A DNA stretch of 63,811 nt, counting the filler, from Choristocarpus tenellus KU-1152 (Eukaryota; Protista; Phaeophyceae), in NCBI GenBank assembly GCA_964200185.2. It is 9 parts of 9 records of this genome, joined end to end, with 100 filler letters (N's around TTAATTAATTAA, not from the genome) between each part and the next. Parts side by side here need not be neighbours in the genome. Positions count along the whole stretch, not along the records: positions 1 to 7,609 come from CAXNAD020005881.1; positions 7,710 to 14,532 come from CAXNAD020007268.1; 7 more parts are not named here. The stretch is one strand, 5' to 3'. The notes under the pieces are model-generated. The model saw only the letters and a program-made list of their open reading frames with translations, was not told the origin of the DNA and did no database searches. Both the position numbers and the translations under genes were made by a program. Below are positions 1 to 12,852 of this stretch, in pieces (the first letter of the stretch is position 1; the number at the start of each line of letters is the position of its first letter).

Positions 1-163
1 GTTCCTTTTTATATGATGACATTGACGATAATCAAAGTGAGAGATCCAGCATACTTGACGACTTGTGCATCAGGAGTCCTATACGTACATCAGCATCATA
101 TATAAGACCGTAGATTGGAGCTATACATCCTGGGGAGGTAAGCTTTCTGGGGCGCCTGTAACA
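1..163 (+). mobile_element. Right half of a MITE family C copy
   Basis: Matches 41366-41540 and ends GGGGCGCCTGTAACA, the inverse of the family's left end. Confidence 0.78.
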
Positions 164-228
164 CAACTCCCTCCAACACCCTGTAGTTCGCTTCACTACG
201 AAGCTATTTCGGTCTGAGGATTTGACCT

Positions 229-510
229 TTGAGGAGTTTTGTGTGCGCAGAAACAATTTGTGCAAGCAAGAAACCCATCATCAAAGAACTGCCTCATTTC
301 AATAGAAGTTTTGAAAACTGTTGGGATCACAAGGATAAACTTTGCTCTATTCTGTTTCTGCTCCGCCATGGCTTACACAATATCCTCGAGGGAGAGCCAA
401 GACCTCCTGGTGACGCCACGTGCGACAACCTCCGAGAGAGATACGACGCTAAGAATCAGGAACTAGTTGAACTCCTGTTCATCTCTTGTGAAGGTGCAGT
501 TGTCGAATAA
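229..510 (+). mobile_element. N-terminal half of an older Copia gag remnant
   Basis: KELPHFN..WDHKDKLCSIL..ILEGEPRP..YDAKNQELVELLFISCEGA resembles a Copia gag N-terminus. Confidence 0.5.
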
Positions 511-837
511 CCTAGTGTTATCCTTACGTTGAATGTGCTGATACAAATATATAACATAGAGGTTATATGTACGTTTATATTTAGTTCGGTACAATACAAA
601 GTAGGATCGTATATAAAAATATAATGTGTCAACATTAATTGACACATCATCAGTGCTGACGGATGGATGGCAGGAAATTAATGATTCAGTGTATGTTTTA
701 CCATGTAACTCAACTACTAGCTTTCGGCGACAAGCCTTACATTTGCTAAGCTTCTCAACGCGCTTAAGCGCCTAATCCAAACTCTAGCCAGGGGAGGCGC
801 AGCTGGACTGGTTTGGTTTGAGGGTATTACATCACTC

Positions 838-3393
838 ATGGCTTCTGACGGGTTTCACAATAAACTCCTTCAGCTTACAGATGACAACTATGCCGATTGG
901 TTGCTACAACCCGGGCATTTTTGTTTGCGAAGGGAAATATTGACGAGGCATTGGAGCACAGAGAGGAACCCATCAGGGTGGGTGATATTGATTTCATCAA
1001 GAAAGAAGGTGTGGATGAAGGAGAGATCGCCAAAGCCAAGAAGGCGTATGACGTCCTGCTAAGGAGCACCAGTGGGATTTACTGGTGCATTGTTCGCAAT
1101 GTAGCCCTCACCTTCAGGAGCTTGGCAATAACACGAGACCATTTCCTCATCCATTCAGATGAGGAGATAGCTAGGCTTCAAAATAAGGTGATGACAGTCA
1201 AGATGCCACAGGGGTCTGACCCCCAAATCACTTTTACGAAGATGTTGGACTGGGTTGGCCAGATGGTGATCATGGGGCATGTGACGTCTGAGCAGGTGCT
1301 TGAAATCGCCATGTTAGATTGTTTGGATGATGATTACCAGATTACTAAGCACTACCTCCAAAATCATCACAAGAGTGAGCGATCGAGGGCTAAAATGCAA
1401 CAAGCTGCTCGATCGCGCTACTTCTCCATCCAACGGGAGGTAGGAGATCGCGGAGAGCCTGGGAGCGCTCTGGTCGCAAGGACCGTTAAAAAGGCTGGCC
1501 GAGGTGGCAGCCGGGGTACAGCTGGTTATCATATGGACGCTGGGACGACAGGATCCCGTTCCAGGGGGATGACCAAGGCTCGAGAGGCATGTGAAGAGTG
1601 TGGATTGGTTAGGCATTTCGGTTCCTGTACGTTTGGAGGACCGTGTTACAGCTGCAGGAAGATTGACCACCTGTGAGCTGTGTGCCCACAAAGGAAGGCA
1701 CACCCGTTAAAGTTGCGGGAACACTAGCTGAACCAGATGAACCAGCTAGGGAATCAAGGAAGTTCAAGATCATGTTATCCACTGTGGCTGATAATGGCAA
1801 GGTGAGATTGGACGCTTTGGAAACGTGGTGTTTTGATTCGGGTGCCTCAAATAGTGTAACGAAAGACTCAAAGTACATATATGACTTCACCACATGTCCA
1901 CAAGGCCACAACATGACCGTGGCTGATGGTACATCACTACCCATTATGGGGTATAGCAAGATTGATTTGGATTTCAATGTTGGCCGCGATGAGTGGGTGC
2001 ATGTTACTTTGGCATCTGTTGCACTTGTCCAGAAAATAGTTTTCAATTTTCTCTCTTCGCATTCTGCTGGTACAGCTGAGGGAGTGACCATCAAATTGAC
2101 TGGTGACGCATATCATATATCTGATGGGGTGGGTCTCCCAATTGGTTTAAAGTGGAATGGCCACATGTACACTGTCAAAGATAAAAGACACTCCCACCCT
2201 CAGGAGAGAAGGATGGCAGAGTCTGTTTTCCAATCTCTGATTTAGATGGGGATCATGAAGATTTGGATGACACTCTAGGGTACATTCTTCCTCCACATGC
2301 ACGTTGAAGGACTCATGAAGATTAGGATGACACTCCAGGGGTACATCCTCCCTCCACATGCACGAAGAAGGACTGGGAAAATCCAGGAGATGGGGGTTGA
2401 ATGCGATGATGATGATGGAATCACCTGGATTGAAGGTGGACAAGGTGATGGTGATGAATCTGATGACACATGGGATAGTGGTGAACTTGTGGGGTAGACT
2501 GAGGACAACAATGATGGTGATAATGACGAGGTGGAGGATACTGAGGACAGCAATGATGGTGATGATGGTGGGGTGGACGAGGCTAAGGACAACCAATGTG
2601 CCAGGGAACTAGGACAGCTCAGCATTGGAAATGGGGGCAATAACAACACCTTACCTCGTCGCACCAGATCTGGCAACCATCAGAATACTTCCACAAAAGC
2701 TGCTGTTTTTAACATGTCCATTTTTTTTTTACTTGTTTGTCGGTTTCCATAGCGACTACCCTTGTGATGTGTGCGAGTGATGGTTCTATTAGAGTGTTAG
2801 CAGATGAGCTCCCTCCAGAACCCAAGACTGTAAGAGCAGAACGTAGCTCTCCCGAATGTGATTCATGAGATCGAGCTAGATCAGAAGAGATGTCTGGTTT
2901 GCTGTTGAATAATGTTTGGGTGGAGGCCGTATTACCCCCTGGACGCAGGGCAATAGATACTAAATGTATTCACAAACTTAAGGCTAACGAATTTGGTGAG
3001 GTAGTTAGATACAAGGCACGTTTGGTAGCAAAAGGTTTTCAACAGATTGAGGGTTTAGATTACCAAGATACCTTTACACCAACACCGTCGCCTGCGTCTT
3101 TGAAAATGGTTTTAGCATTAGCTGCAGACAAGGACTGGGAATTAAAGCATTGGGATATGAACAAGCTTTCATCCAAGCAGACATTAGGGAAGAGATCTTT
3201 GTACGTTTGTGTGATGGATGCAGTATATATGGTCTGGGAAGATTGTGCGTTTAGTGAAAGCCCTTTATGGCATCAAACAGGCAAGCAGGGAGTTCAATAA
3301 TCTGTTGGTGCACACGTTTTTGGAACAGTGTGGTTTTGAGCAATGCAGAGCAGATCCCTATGTATTACGCTATATAAGAGATCGCGTGGTTTG
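838..3393 (+). mobile_element. Degenerate Ty1/Copia retrotransposon (gag, protease, RT; integrase largely deleted)
   Basis: gag with Zn knuckles (CEECGLVRH, CYSCRKIDH), protease WCFDSGASNSVT, RT YKARLVAKGFQQIEGLDY..WELKHWD and LVKALYGIKQASREF..ADP. Several frameshifts. Confidence 0.9.
2234..2374 (+). repeat. ~60-bp tandem duplication inside the Copia element
   Basis: CATGAAGATT(T/A)GGATGACACTC..GGGTACAT..CCTCCACATGCACG..GAAGGACT occurs twice. Confidence 0.8.
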
Positions 3394-4150
3394 TATACTG
3401 CATCGTCTTCGCCCCGACAACCCGTCTACGAGGTTAACTGAAGGTAACGTCGCCTTCAATGAGATCAAGAAGTACGAGGCGAAGAACAAGCAAAGAGTGA
3501 CTGCAGTACATAACAGCCTAGAGTCATGTAAGATTATGGAAGAAGAGGATTCTGACATCTTCTTCAATCCTGTGTGGACAAAATTATGTCACAACCAAAT
3601 TCATACATATGAGTATGTTTCTGATTATCGAATCAAGGGCATTATTCTGCGCGACTTCTCTCTAGAGTACGACAACGTCATCTCACAGATACAAAAATTT
3701 GAAAACAAATTGCGTGGAACGAATTCAACGGGTCATGCGAGCAATTTACGTCAATGTACTTCGCAAGACTCAAATTGACAAAGATACATCTAACCTTACT
3801 GCGCCTATTGTTGAAAATAGCAAAAGATGAAAGGAAAAAGTCTGAATCCATCACATATCTCAAAACCATTCAAGAGCAAGAACAAATTTGGTGGTGAGAA
3901 ATCTTAAGTGTTTTGTATGTCATAAAACTGTACATTTTCCTAAAGAAATTAGAGTTAAAAGTAATCACAAGAAGAAATGGTACAGTTTTCACAACTCTGG
4001 ATCACATTTAGATGGAGAATGCAGAACACAGAATAAAAAAGATGATATTGATATAAAAGAAATTTCAGCGAAGGCCATTTTTTGTATAGACAGTAAGTGC
4101 ATTACACACCCTATTTCAATAGATGGATTTGTAATATTGTCAGGTTCTGT
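3394..4150 (+). mobile_element. C-terminal half of the older Copia gag remnant
   Basis: ILHRLRPD..GNVAFNEIKKYE..IILRDFSLEYDNV (UBN2/gag-like), followed by degenerate knuckles CFVCHKTVH and WYSFHNSGSHLDGEC. Confidence 0.55.
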
Positions 4151-4682
4151 GTGATAAGGGGGGATGAGAACCACCAAGAGATGACGTTCAGAAAGGAAGA
4201 GAAAGATGAGACTGAGGCATGCTGGATATATGTTGACAACCTCAGAGTGCCATGTGGATCAATCTTCAATGTGATTGGATGTGAACAGCCAGAACAGAAA
4301 CACAGTCTTAGCTTTCCTGGTTTGAATCCACCGTTCATGTCGGGGTTACGGAGTACCAGTTGTGCGTCTGACCCACAGTACATCACTTGGTCTGGGCTCA
4401 ATCGTAAAAGATGACTCGCGCAAATGTATATGACCGCGCGTTTTATCCTCATCAATGTCGGAGATCCCAAAAAAGGCGAACCTGTCCCTGACTGATTGAT
4501 CTGTTGATAGATAGTGGTATAGTGGTATCAGTAGGTTCGCCCTCTGCGATTGTTCTGTCATAATAACTTTTGATGAACGCATGGGATTTAAAAAATAAAA
4601 GCATATTCGTCATGTCCTTCACAACGCCCTCCAGAGTTCGGGGTTCGTTTTGATCTCGCCATTTTTTCATTTTTTTGAAGAA

Positions 4683-4760
4683 AGCACGCTCGTATTGGGT
4701 TTGAACCCTGGATTGTAGGTCACGAGGATTGGTAACAGATACACTATTACTTGGTTAAAG
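4683..4760 (-). other. Possible tRNA-derived SINE head or tRNA pseudogene
   Basis: The minus strand has A-box-like TAACCAAGTAAT and B-box GGTTCAAACCC at tRNA-like spacing, but no full cloverleaf. Confidence 0.3.
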
Positions 4761-6075
4761 TATAGGGTTTAGACGGGAAAAAAGACTCTCCACCCTTTCT
4801 TCCTGTGTGTTCGCGCACCCACTCTTTGACTCGGCAAAGATATCCTTGTCAAGGCCCAGAAGAAAACGCCTCTTGTCACACCCTTGCTCCGACACCTTGA
4901 TCTGGCCCTTAGTTGGGAAGTCTCTCTCCCATTAGTCACAGTTTCCGACCTCTCCCGTTGTTCATACACAGGTACAGGATTCGCAGTGTTAGAGCCTTTA
5001 CTATCACATTTCCTTGTTGAGCGCCAGAAATGGGCGCTGTCCGTGTTTCCTGGGCGGGTGATGTTTATCATCAAGGCACAAGGGGCGAGGGAGGACAGGT
5101 TTGAGTTGATCGAAAATGTGTCGATTTCTCAAATGATTGCAGGCGGGGAGAAAAGACTTAATCAACTTTATGCATCCAACCCTTAGTACAGCATCTTGCA
5201 AGAAGTGGGAGACACCAAACCATCGGGGTGTAAATTGTCTCAATGTCAACTCCTCTTCTTCCCTGACGTCCTCGTCGATGGCTGCCCCCACCTGCTTTGC
5301 GATCTCTTCTAAGTAGAGGATTTGGTGGTAGCAAATAGTCTCTACCGTTGCCTTTGTTACAATTGCTTTCTCCTCCACCTTGCGAGCCCTTTCGACCTTG
5401 TTTCGGGCTTCAGGGCCCTTATACCCCAACCCTAACACCTTTCTCGTTTCCTTAAGTCACTCCGGCTTGCATAGCTTCCAAACAGCCAGGGCCTGTTGCA
5501 ACTGTCGAATACTAAGATATTCTACACCCGAGTTTTGCTTAGGCGTTTCCTGAGTGCAATGGCACACAGTCGTACCGCTCTCTTCCCCAATCTTCCCTTT
5601 GGGCGGCCACTCCGGTTCTCGCTTCGCCTGCCGTGACCAGGCTTCCCCACAGACTTCGTCACTGTACCACCTGGTGATGGACTTGTCGCTCTTTTCCTGC
5701 TTTCCCGAGATGGCAGAGACTGTAGTGGTTGAAGATCCAACCACATGTGTGTTGTAATGCTTTCCATGAATCTTCTCTTAGTGTCATCGTCGCAGCCCCG
5801 TGATCCATTTCGCGATTTGATTATGCTGCTGCGCCACAGTACACGCACTTTCTTGTCACCTAACATCGCATTGAGTGTCACACGGTACTTGTGTTTTTGT
5901 CACCTCTCAACAAAGAAGGTGCCGAGGGTAGATCAAGGGGGCAGAGTGGCCTCAGCGGCTCTCCTCATCTCATTGTCGTGGTTTATGTTACGTTGAAATA
6001 TTCCACGCTGGACCCGCAACTGTGTGCCTTGATAGAGAACAATAAATAGCTTGATATATATATATATAATATTTA

Positions 6076-6365
6076 TGTTACAAGAGGCTTATGGTCTCGA
6101 TTCCACTGACTGAACTGGTGGGGGTGAGACGGGTCTAGACTACCATTACTATTCCAATAGTATGGTGTTTGCAATCGTCCACACTAATTTACTATGAATC
6201 ACTTATTTGCTTGTCTTAACTATAGCAAGTGTATCTTGAACATGAGACAAAAATCAGTGGACACTAGTGAGTCAATACATATGATATATCTATCACCAGC
6301 TCTCTATCCTATTAACTAATCCACTGGTGGTGTCTATAGGGTATCGGCAGCACTATCTACGAACA
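6076..6365 (+). mobile_element. LTR-like repeat, family 2
   Basis: TGTTACAAG...GAACA, 290 bp. Homologous to the reverse complement of 41996-42284 and to 14633-14685. No matching TSD. Confidence 0.65.
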
Positions 6366-6622
6366 TGTTGCTGTATAAGTCATCCGCGTGTGTGCTCACA
6401 AAAAGTCTGCAAAAGGCGCTATAAAGATGTGCGGAAATCTTGGGGGGGGGTTGGTATCGCCACACCGGCCAAACATGGGTATAGGGACCTACCCCGGACC
6501 AGGTTTCTGCAAGGGGTTCAGCCAACCGCTTCATTTTTGTCCGTTTTGAAGTCGTTGTTGGAACCTGAATCGAATGCATCGTACATGTAGGCAACATGCG
6601 TAGACTACTAGCAATGAGGAAT

Positions 6623-7060
6623 TGTTACAGGCGCCCCTCAATGCTCACCTTCCAGGATATACAACTCAAATCCAAATCCAACGACCTTAAAACGGAGCTA
6701 CGAGGGGAGTCCACAGATGATAACCATGTACGGTGTCAGCTTGACGTTTAGCTCAGTCGATGTCGCTTTCGCTTTATCAAAAGAGGTTCAATCAAAAAAG
6801 GTCTGAGAGCGTGGTAGTCTACATCAGCCTTCTATTAGCATCATCCACCAGTTTTCTACAGCCAAAGAGTTAAATGCAGTCTGCAAACTGCTAAGTGGAT
6901 ACTTTAATCATGAATCTTTACTCTGTAACACTATGCATCTGTTACAAATATTCGTATTTCCTGAAACATAAGAAGAAAATGTTCGCGCTATTCGCGTGTA
7001 ATAAACGCTCGCATTACGTTGAAATACAAGAAGAAACGCTCGTGCTATTCGCCTGTAACA
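6623..7060 (+). mobile_element. MITE family C variant
   Basis: TGTTACAGGCGCCCCTCAATGCTCACC... same left end as the 41159 copy. Right end CGCCTGTAACA; TSD GAAT on both sides. Confidence 0.8.
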
Positions 7061-7609
7061 GAATCATGGTGTTGCAAAGCACTGATGAGTGATATGCAGC
7101 GTAGTCTATGTTATGTATAGGTGTGATTATGCTGCAAAGCACCGATGTATTTATTCTGTTGTAACTGAGGTCATTGATCTCTCAGTCAAGAATGATGCGA
7201 TGTGAATTCAGTTTTCTTTCATGTGGTACTCAACGAAAGATGTCCATGCTCTGTGGAGAAGCATATTGCCTTGGCTGGTAAGGGTTTTTTCCGCGGATGG
7301 TTTTAACTCTGATTATATTACATCCATGTGCGTGTTTGGTGCACAGTTTGCAGAGTGGCGTTGATGATGCAATTTGAGAGATCAATGGCAGTCACGAAAG
7401 AAATAATAATGAGCCATCAATGTACAACTGCCATCTTCTGCTGATAAGGAGAAAGAGTGAAAGCAAAACAAACAGCAAAACAACAGAACAAAATTGAAAC
7501 AATATGTGATGCAACTAATGTGACATATACTATACTATACAATTTGTATCGAACGCAAAGCGACTGTTCTGTACCAAGGTGTTCTGATTGTGGTTGATGT
7601 GGTGATGAC

Positions 7610-7709
7610 NNNNNNNNNNNNNNNNNNNNNNNNNNNNNNNNNNNNNNNNNNNNTTAATTAATTAANNNNNNNNNNNNNNNNNNNNNNNNNNNNNNNNNNN
7701 NNNNNNNNN
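7610..7709. other. Artificial contig spacer N44-TTAATTAATTAA-N44 (also 14533-14632, 19698-19797, 39850-39949, 48571-48670, 52986-53085, 56823-56922, 59568-59667)
   Basis: Eight identical 100-nt blocks whose 12-mer has stop codons in all six frames. Confidence 0.97.
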
Positions 7710-10246
7710 CCCCCCACCCAGATACTTTGGGTCACTGACATTTAACCTCTCCCACCCATCCACACCCATCCACACCCATCCATGCACACGTGAATAGTTT
7801 GTAACTGTAACGTTTTGTCCCCTCTCCCACACTTTGGAGATCAGTTTTTCTGGATCCTCCCACCTGGTCCACCTCGAGGTTTGGAGCGGTGGACCTAGTC
7901 CGAGACTACCAGGTGAGGAAAGCATGACACGAGCATGACATAAGTGGTGCGATAGGGTTGCCAAGTTTGGACCGATTGTCAAAAAGGTTGCTTCCTTGGT
8001 TATGGGGAAGAGGGGGTTACTTGCGGGGGGGGTATGATAGGTGAAAACGGGGTAGGATATTTGGGAGTAACCATGAGGTGTATCCATACATCTGTATGAT
8101 GCTGTTCAATCAACGTACTATGAGGCACTTTTTGCATTATTTTCATCCGAATTTGTGTAAAAAAGGATAGAGCACAGTGTCATAATGGGTGCAGTCGGAT
8201 TAGTTTGTAGTCCATTCCATGACACCGTGCATGTGGCTCATTTGTCGAGGGTTTAACAGGTTGAGGTTATAATACAGGCGGATAGAAATGTAACCAGTGA
8301 ATGATACTTCAGTGAATGCAATCATGAGGTGGAATGCCAGTTGAAGAGTGCCATCTTAAGGCCCAGGACTTGCAATAGAGAACAGGATGCCACAAGATTC
8401 ATTTGGGGTGCTATGTTGCAAGGCTCCAACAATGTCGCTCACGTTGTGATTTTTGGAACCATGGCGGTTCCAACTAAGAGTGGCGCCTTGGCTTTACATT
8501 GGATGGTTCTTATTTTGAGTGATAGAGAAAATAGTGCTTAGAAAGTGCAGTCGACCTTCACATATTTAAGGTCGATTTCCAGTCCTTGTATACCCATAGT
8601 GCAACGAGTCTTCCCAAGGTACTACATAATGCTATGGACTGAAGGTCTTTAGTGCTCAGTTTCGAATCTTCTCAAGGATCAGACCTTGGAGTATGCTTCA
8701 TGCATCTAAACAAGGTACTGTAGTATATGTAGTAGGGTGTCAAACGCACTTTTCCTTCCTGCAATAGTGCAAATGTGCTGTGCAAGACATTTGTGCGGAT
8801 TGTTACGGGAGTTCATTACTTCATGTGATGTCACCTCCCGATTCCTTCAGCGTCATGTAGGGCTTATTAGTTACAAGAATTGTGTACTCTGGGAGGATAC
8901 TTGATAACATTTTTCTTCAGAGTATTTGGGTTGAATTGCAAGACTGTGGCACATAGTGAACCACTTTGAACTACTTTGAAGTGCAGTACCAAGATTGAAT
9001 TCCAGGCAGAAGCTAGATGCGATTTTGTAGCATGTTTTTTCGGCTCCTCTTGATCTTCCTGCTCCTCCTCCCATTTCCTCAACTATCACAGTCTCTATTC
9101 AAGCCTTCCCTCCTTGCCACAAGAGAGGGAGGCTTCCTTCTCGCCACCAACCACGTCTCAGTGGTGGACTATGATGATTGGGTGGAAAGCCTCCGTAGGT
9201 GAGGTACCTGGAGGAAGGCAGGAGAGTGGAGTGCGCTTTTCGCATCCCTCAGGTGTTGCTTGTTCTAGGTCGGCAGCCAGGGGAATTGGGTACTTGGGTG
9301 CATTTAGCCTTGATTTATCAACTCAGGGGCAATAGTTCCTGGGACTTTATTTTTTTTATCCTTTTTGTATTACTCTTACGGTCTATCACATATCCACACC
9401 TTGAATATTGTCAACTATTGTGTTCTGGTACAGGTGAGTTGATGTCCTTTTTTTTATAAAAGAGAGGATGCTTGGCACTCCACATCCACCAACAGGATTC
9501 TGGTCACCATCCTGACATCGCCATTTCTGTCAGTATCCCCTCCTGTGGCTCATGTTGCGGAAGCGTACCAAAGCGATGTGTTGGCCATGGTGATCATGGT
9601 TTCCTCCACAATGCTATTCCCTCAGCTCACATTTCCCATTCCCATATTGCGCTCCCAATTCAGCACCCTTTCCCATTTTGCCATTAATTTATGTCATTAT
9701 TCTAGGTGTGCTACAAAAGCTGGCCGGGAGGTGAAGTCAGTTTTGCCAATATACCCCGAGGATGATTTCCCAAGCCCTGATGGTAAACGTCCACTGAAAA
9801 TGGCGATCTTTTGTGTATAAATTGGACTATTACTAAGGCAGGGGCATTGGAGGCAAGTTGGGTGCGGAAACGATAGTTGTGACGATATGCTCTGAACACA
9901 AGAGATATGCAACCTCTCTAGGATAGTTTTGAGGCTGAGTTTAGCGGGTGATTTGTGCTGAGGTAGCTCTAGGGTTATTAGTGTAGTTTATTTGTTCAGG
10001 CACAGTCGTTGAGCGAAGAGTGAAAAAGGAATGTAATCTAGGGGCACTACCAGTTACTGTAGGTGATGTAGTTTGAGAAGATGTAGCTCCTGCTTAAGTC
10101 CTATCAATGATTGAGCACAGAAGGGAGCAAAAACAACTATCGCTCATCTCAATTCATATCCCTTTGCCCTGCCTTACAAAGTGTTGATAGGAAGATAACA
10201 GTAGTTGCGGAGATACCCTTCCTTCATCCATCCTTTGTGCCACTCA

Positions 10247-10430
10247 AGACCCAAAGTATCTGGGGGGGGAGCGGGGTCTACACTAGGGTGTCCATTTGGG
10301 GCGTAACCAGGAAAAATGCACATACATTATCCATCCGATGGATGCAACGAAATCACGCAAAAATCGCGACATGAAAAAATTGACCCCAAATGGACAGCCA
10401 CCGCCCCCCCCCCCCCAGATGCTTTGAGCT
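10247..10430 (+). mobile_element. MITE family B (PIF/Harbinger-type, G-tract termini), complete
   Basis: AGACCCAAAGTATCTGGGGGGG...CCCCCCAGATGCTTTGAGCT; TSD TCA; 184 bp. Confidence 0.88.
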
Positions 10431-10831
10431 TCAATACAAAAGATGTTGAAGTTGTATCGTTGTGATGGTGCAATTGGATTGTAATTAGGACCATCATCTG
10501 CATTTTTTGTCTTCTTCAGCACCTTCTGTATCTCATTTGCTATCAGCTACCAACGGTAGTAGCTACATTTTGAGATGCCACAGACCAGTGGGAGAATAGG
10601 GTCATTTTTTTCCTCACAATGCCTGTCACTCAGCGTCACAAGTACAGTGTGCACAGAAACGCGATGGCAGCTCGTCTTTGAGGTTCCTCAACCAAGGACT
10701 TAACCTCTTTGGGTCCTTGAATACCAAGCATTATACAGGGCTCCGTGTGAATCCACCTGATGTTAGCATTGAATCAAATGGGTACCTTTCTCAAGGGACC
10801 TTAGATGACGTCATATCCAATCTGAAGCTAT

Positions 10832-11008
10832 GAGTGAAAGTATCTTAAAGGGTATGAGTTTTGCCCTGTTTGTCCATTTGGGGCTTTCCTTCCCATGAGT
10901 TTTTTAATGCTATTTTCCTACGCCAAAATGTTTCGGAGCAGGTAAAATGTCACATTGGATTTTGGCCCCCAAATGGACGTGGCTCTACCCTCTAAGATAC
11001 TTTTATTC
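10832..11008 (+). mobile_element. MITE family A (PIF/Harbinger-type), internally deleted copy
   Basis: TIR GAGTGAAAGTATCTTAAAGGGTA / TACCCTCTAAGATACTTTTATTC; 3-bp TSD TAT. Confidence 0.85.
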
Positions 11009-12204
11009 TATCCTATCGTAGGGACAGGAGCAACAAAATCAAAGCACAACTGCACACTTATCCGGTAGGATGGGCTTCACTTATTTGTGTAGTTCGCAAC
11101 GTGTGAGGTTCTTGCTCCTCCCTGTTGGTGTGTTCCTTTCCGTCCACTTTGTACGCAACTCATATTCTTCATCGTTGGCCTAGTAACTGATGTGCTAGAG
11201 TGATACTCGTACCTCGTGGCACTCTTTCTGTATTTGACTGACTCGTGAAGTAAACCCTTAACAATGCAGAATCTTTCGACGTACTGTCCATAGGAAGAGA
11301 CCTTTCTAATATCATGAGCTTGAATTCACTGGTCCTATTGTGGAAGAAACTCTTTCCTTAACTACAAAATGAAAACCAAAACATGAAAGTATTAGAAACC
11401 TACACAACAAGGTATCCTGCTAAGGGAAGGATTTTGGCCATTTGATCGCAAGGGGCTTATGAATTGTTGTGCCTCTGACACCCCTTTTCCATGACCAAAT
11501 GTAGATATCCCCCATCAAGAGTCTTGGATGTGTAACGTGTGTGTCCAGACAAATGGAAACTGTATTTTGCACATATACACGATCGCACACACATGATACA
11601 AAATTCAGAAGGCAGTCATATGGGTCCCATCAGATCGATGGCACCGCTCTCTCGAAAAATTTGACTCTCCAAAACACTCTCCCCTCATCTTGAACATACA
11701 AAGTAGGGTAATGTCACAAACCATTCTCCAAAATGCAGTTACTATTTGTCATGTTCTTGTTCGCTCCTGCAAAAGACAGGAGATCTCTGACTTGTCAAAG
11801 CTCTTCTCGCCTGAGTACTTGGTCGATCCCTCTTCACTATGTAACGCCTTCTTGACAAAGGTACGTAAGGGGAACATACAAAATGCATTCACTCAGGGTG
11901 AGAGTGAGAAATACTTGTCAGGTGTTAAATGTTAGGGCGGCATAGGAATACATTTTGTATCCTGTCAAGGTTGACACCAATTGATCATCTCCTTACAATC
12001 CTCTTTGTGTTGAAGTACTTACGCTAATTGTGGATGCATAATTTACAAAGGCATTTTTTTCTGTTTGAAAATGCATGTGAGTGTGTTTCCATTAATATCT
12101 TGTTTCCTAGAGTGAAGTCCTTAATTGTCATCAATCACCTTATCTTGATTGAGTCTTAAGTATATAAACAGAAGATCTCCGTGACAAGAGTATAAATTGG
12201 AACC

Positions 12205-12402
12205 TGTGCAATATAGGCTGGTAGTCTGTACGGTTTATACGTCTTTAGGGACCACTACTAATATTAGCTGACATATGCAATAAACAATAGATAATAAGAG
12301 AGAGCACCCCCACCACCACCGAGGGCTGTGCTCACTCCGCTAATAAATATATCCATACCACACAATGCAAAATACTCTACCTGAGTAGCTTTCTTTTGCA
12401 TA
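12205..12402 (+). mobile_element. Solo LTR (Copia LTR family 1), internally deleted
   Basis: TGTGCAATATAGGCTGGTAGTC...TTTTGCATA flanked by a perfect 5-bp TSD GAACC. Homologous to 38864-38568 and 43968-44383. Confidence 0.85.
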
Positions 12403-12852
12403 GAACCTTTTATTAAGTAGAAAACTCAAAAATGTATGTTGCAGTCGTACATATTTTCTCAGCAACAACAGACATTTTACCATCGAGTGTGCCTCATTTT
12501 GCTAGTCCTGTCTATAAGGTATTAACGTCACTTCTCCTCTTATTGTCACCACGGATGTAAGTAAATCTTCTAATAATCTCTTCAAACAAAATCTCTGTAT
12601 CCTTACAAAAAATATCCTAGAAGTTATTTGTTGAAAAGAAACTCTCCGATTACAACTTTTTGTGAATAAAATCTTGAATACCATTCGAAAAGCGAAAAGA
12701 AAGAATCCAGGAGCTTTGTGTGTGACAATATACAGGTGGAGGAGGGTACACCAACAATAGGGGTCATCAGAGCGTCCAAACTCTTCCACGTGATCTCTGG
12801 CCTCTTACTGGCAAATGGTGGAAATTTCTCAAGGGAGGAAAGGTTCGCCTAA

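Noticed and set aside
3218-3778. Novel RT-fusion protein
   Set aside because: It is a chance in-frame junction between a truncated Copia RT and an older gag remnant.
7654-7665. Recurrent TTAATTAATTAA palindrome as a biological motif (e.g. a piggyBac TTAA site)
   Set aside because: It is always centred in exactly 44+44 Ns, so it is an assembly or concatenation linker.
11590-11720. Copia integrase fragment (minus strand AIDLMGPI)
   Set aside because: It is a single short motif amid stops, too little to annotate.
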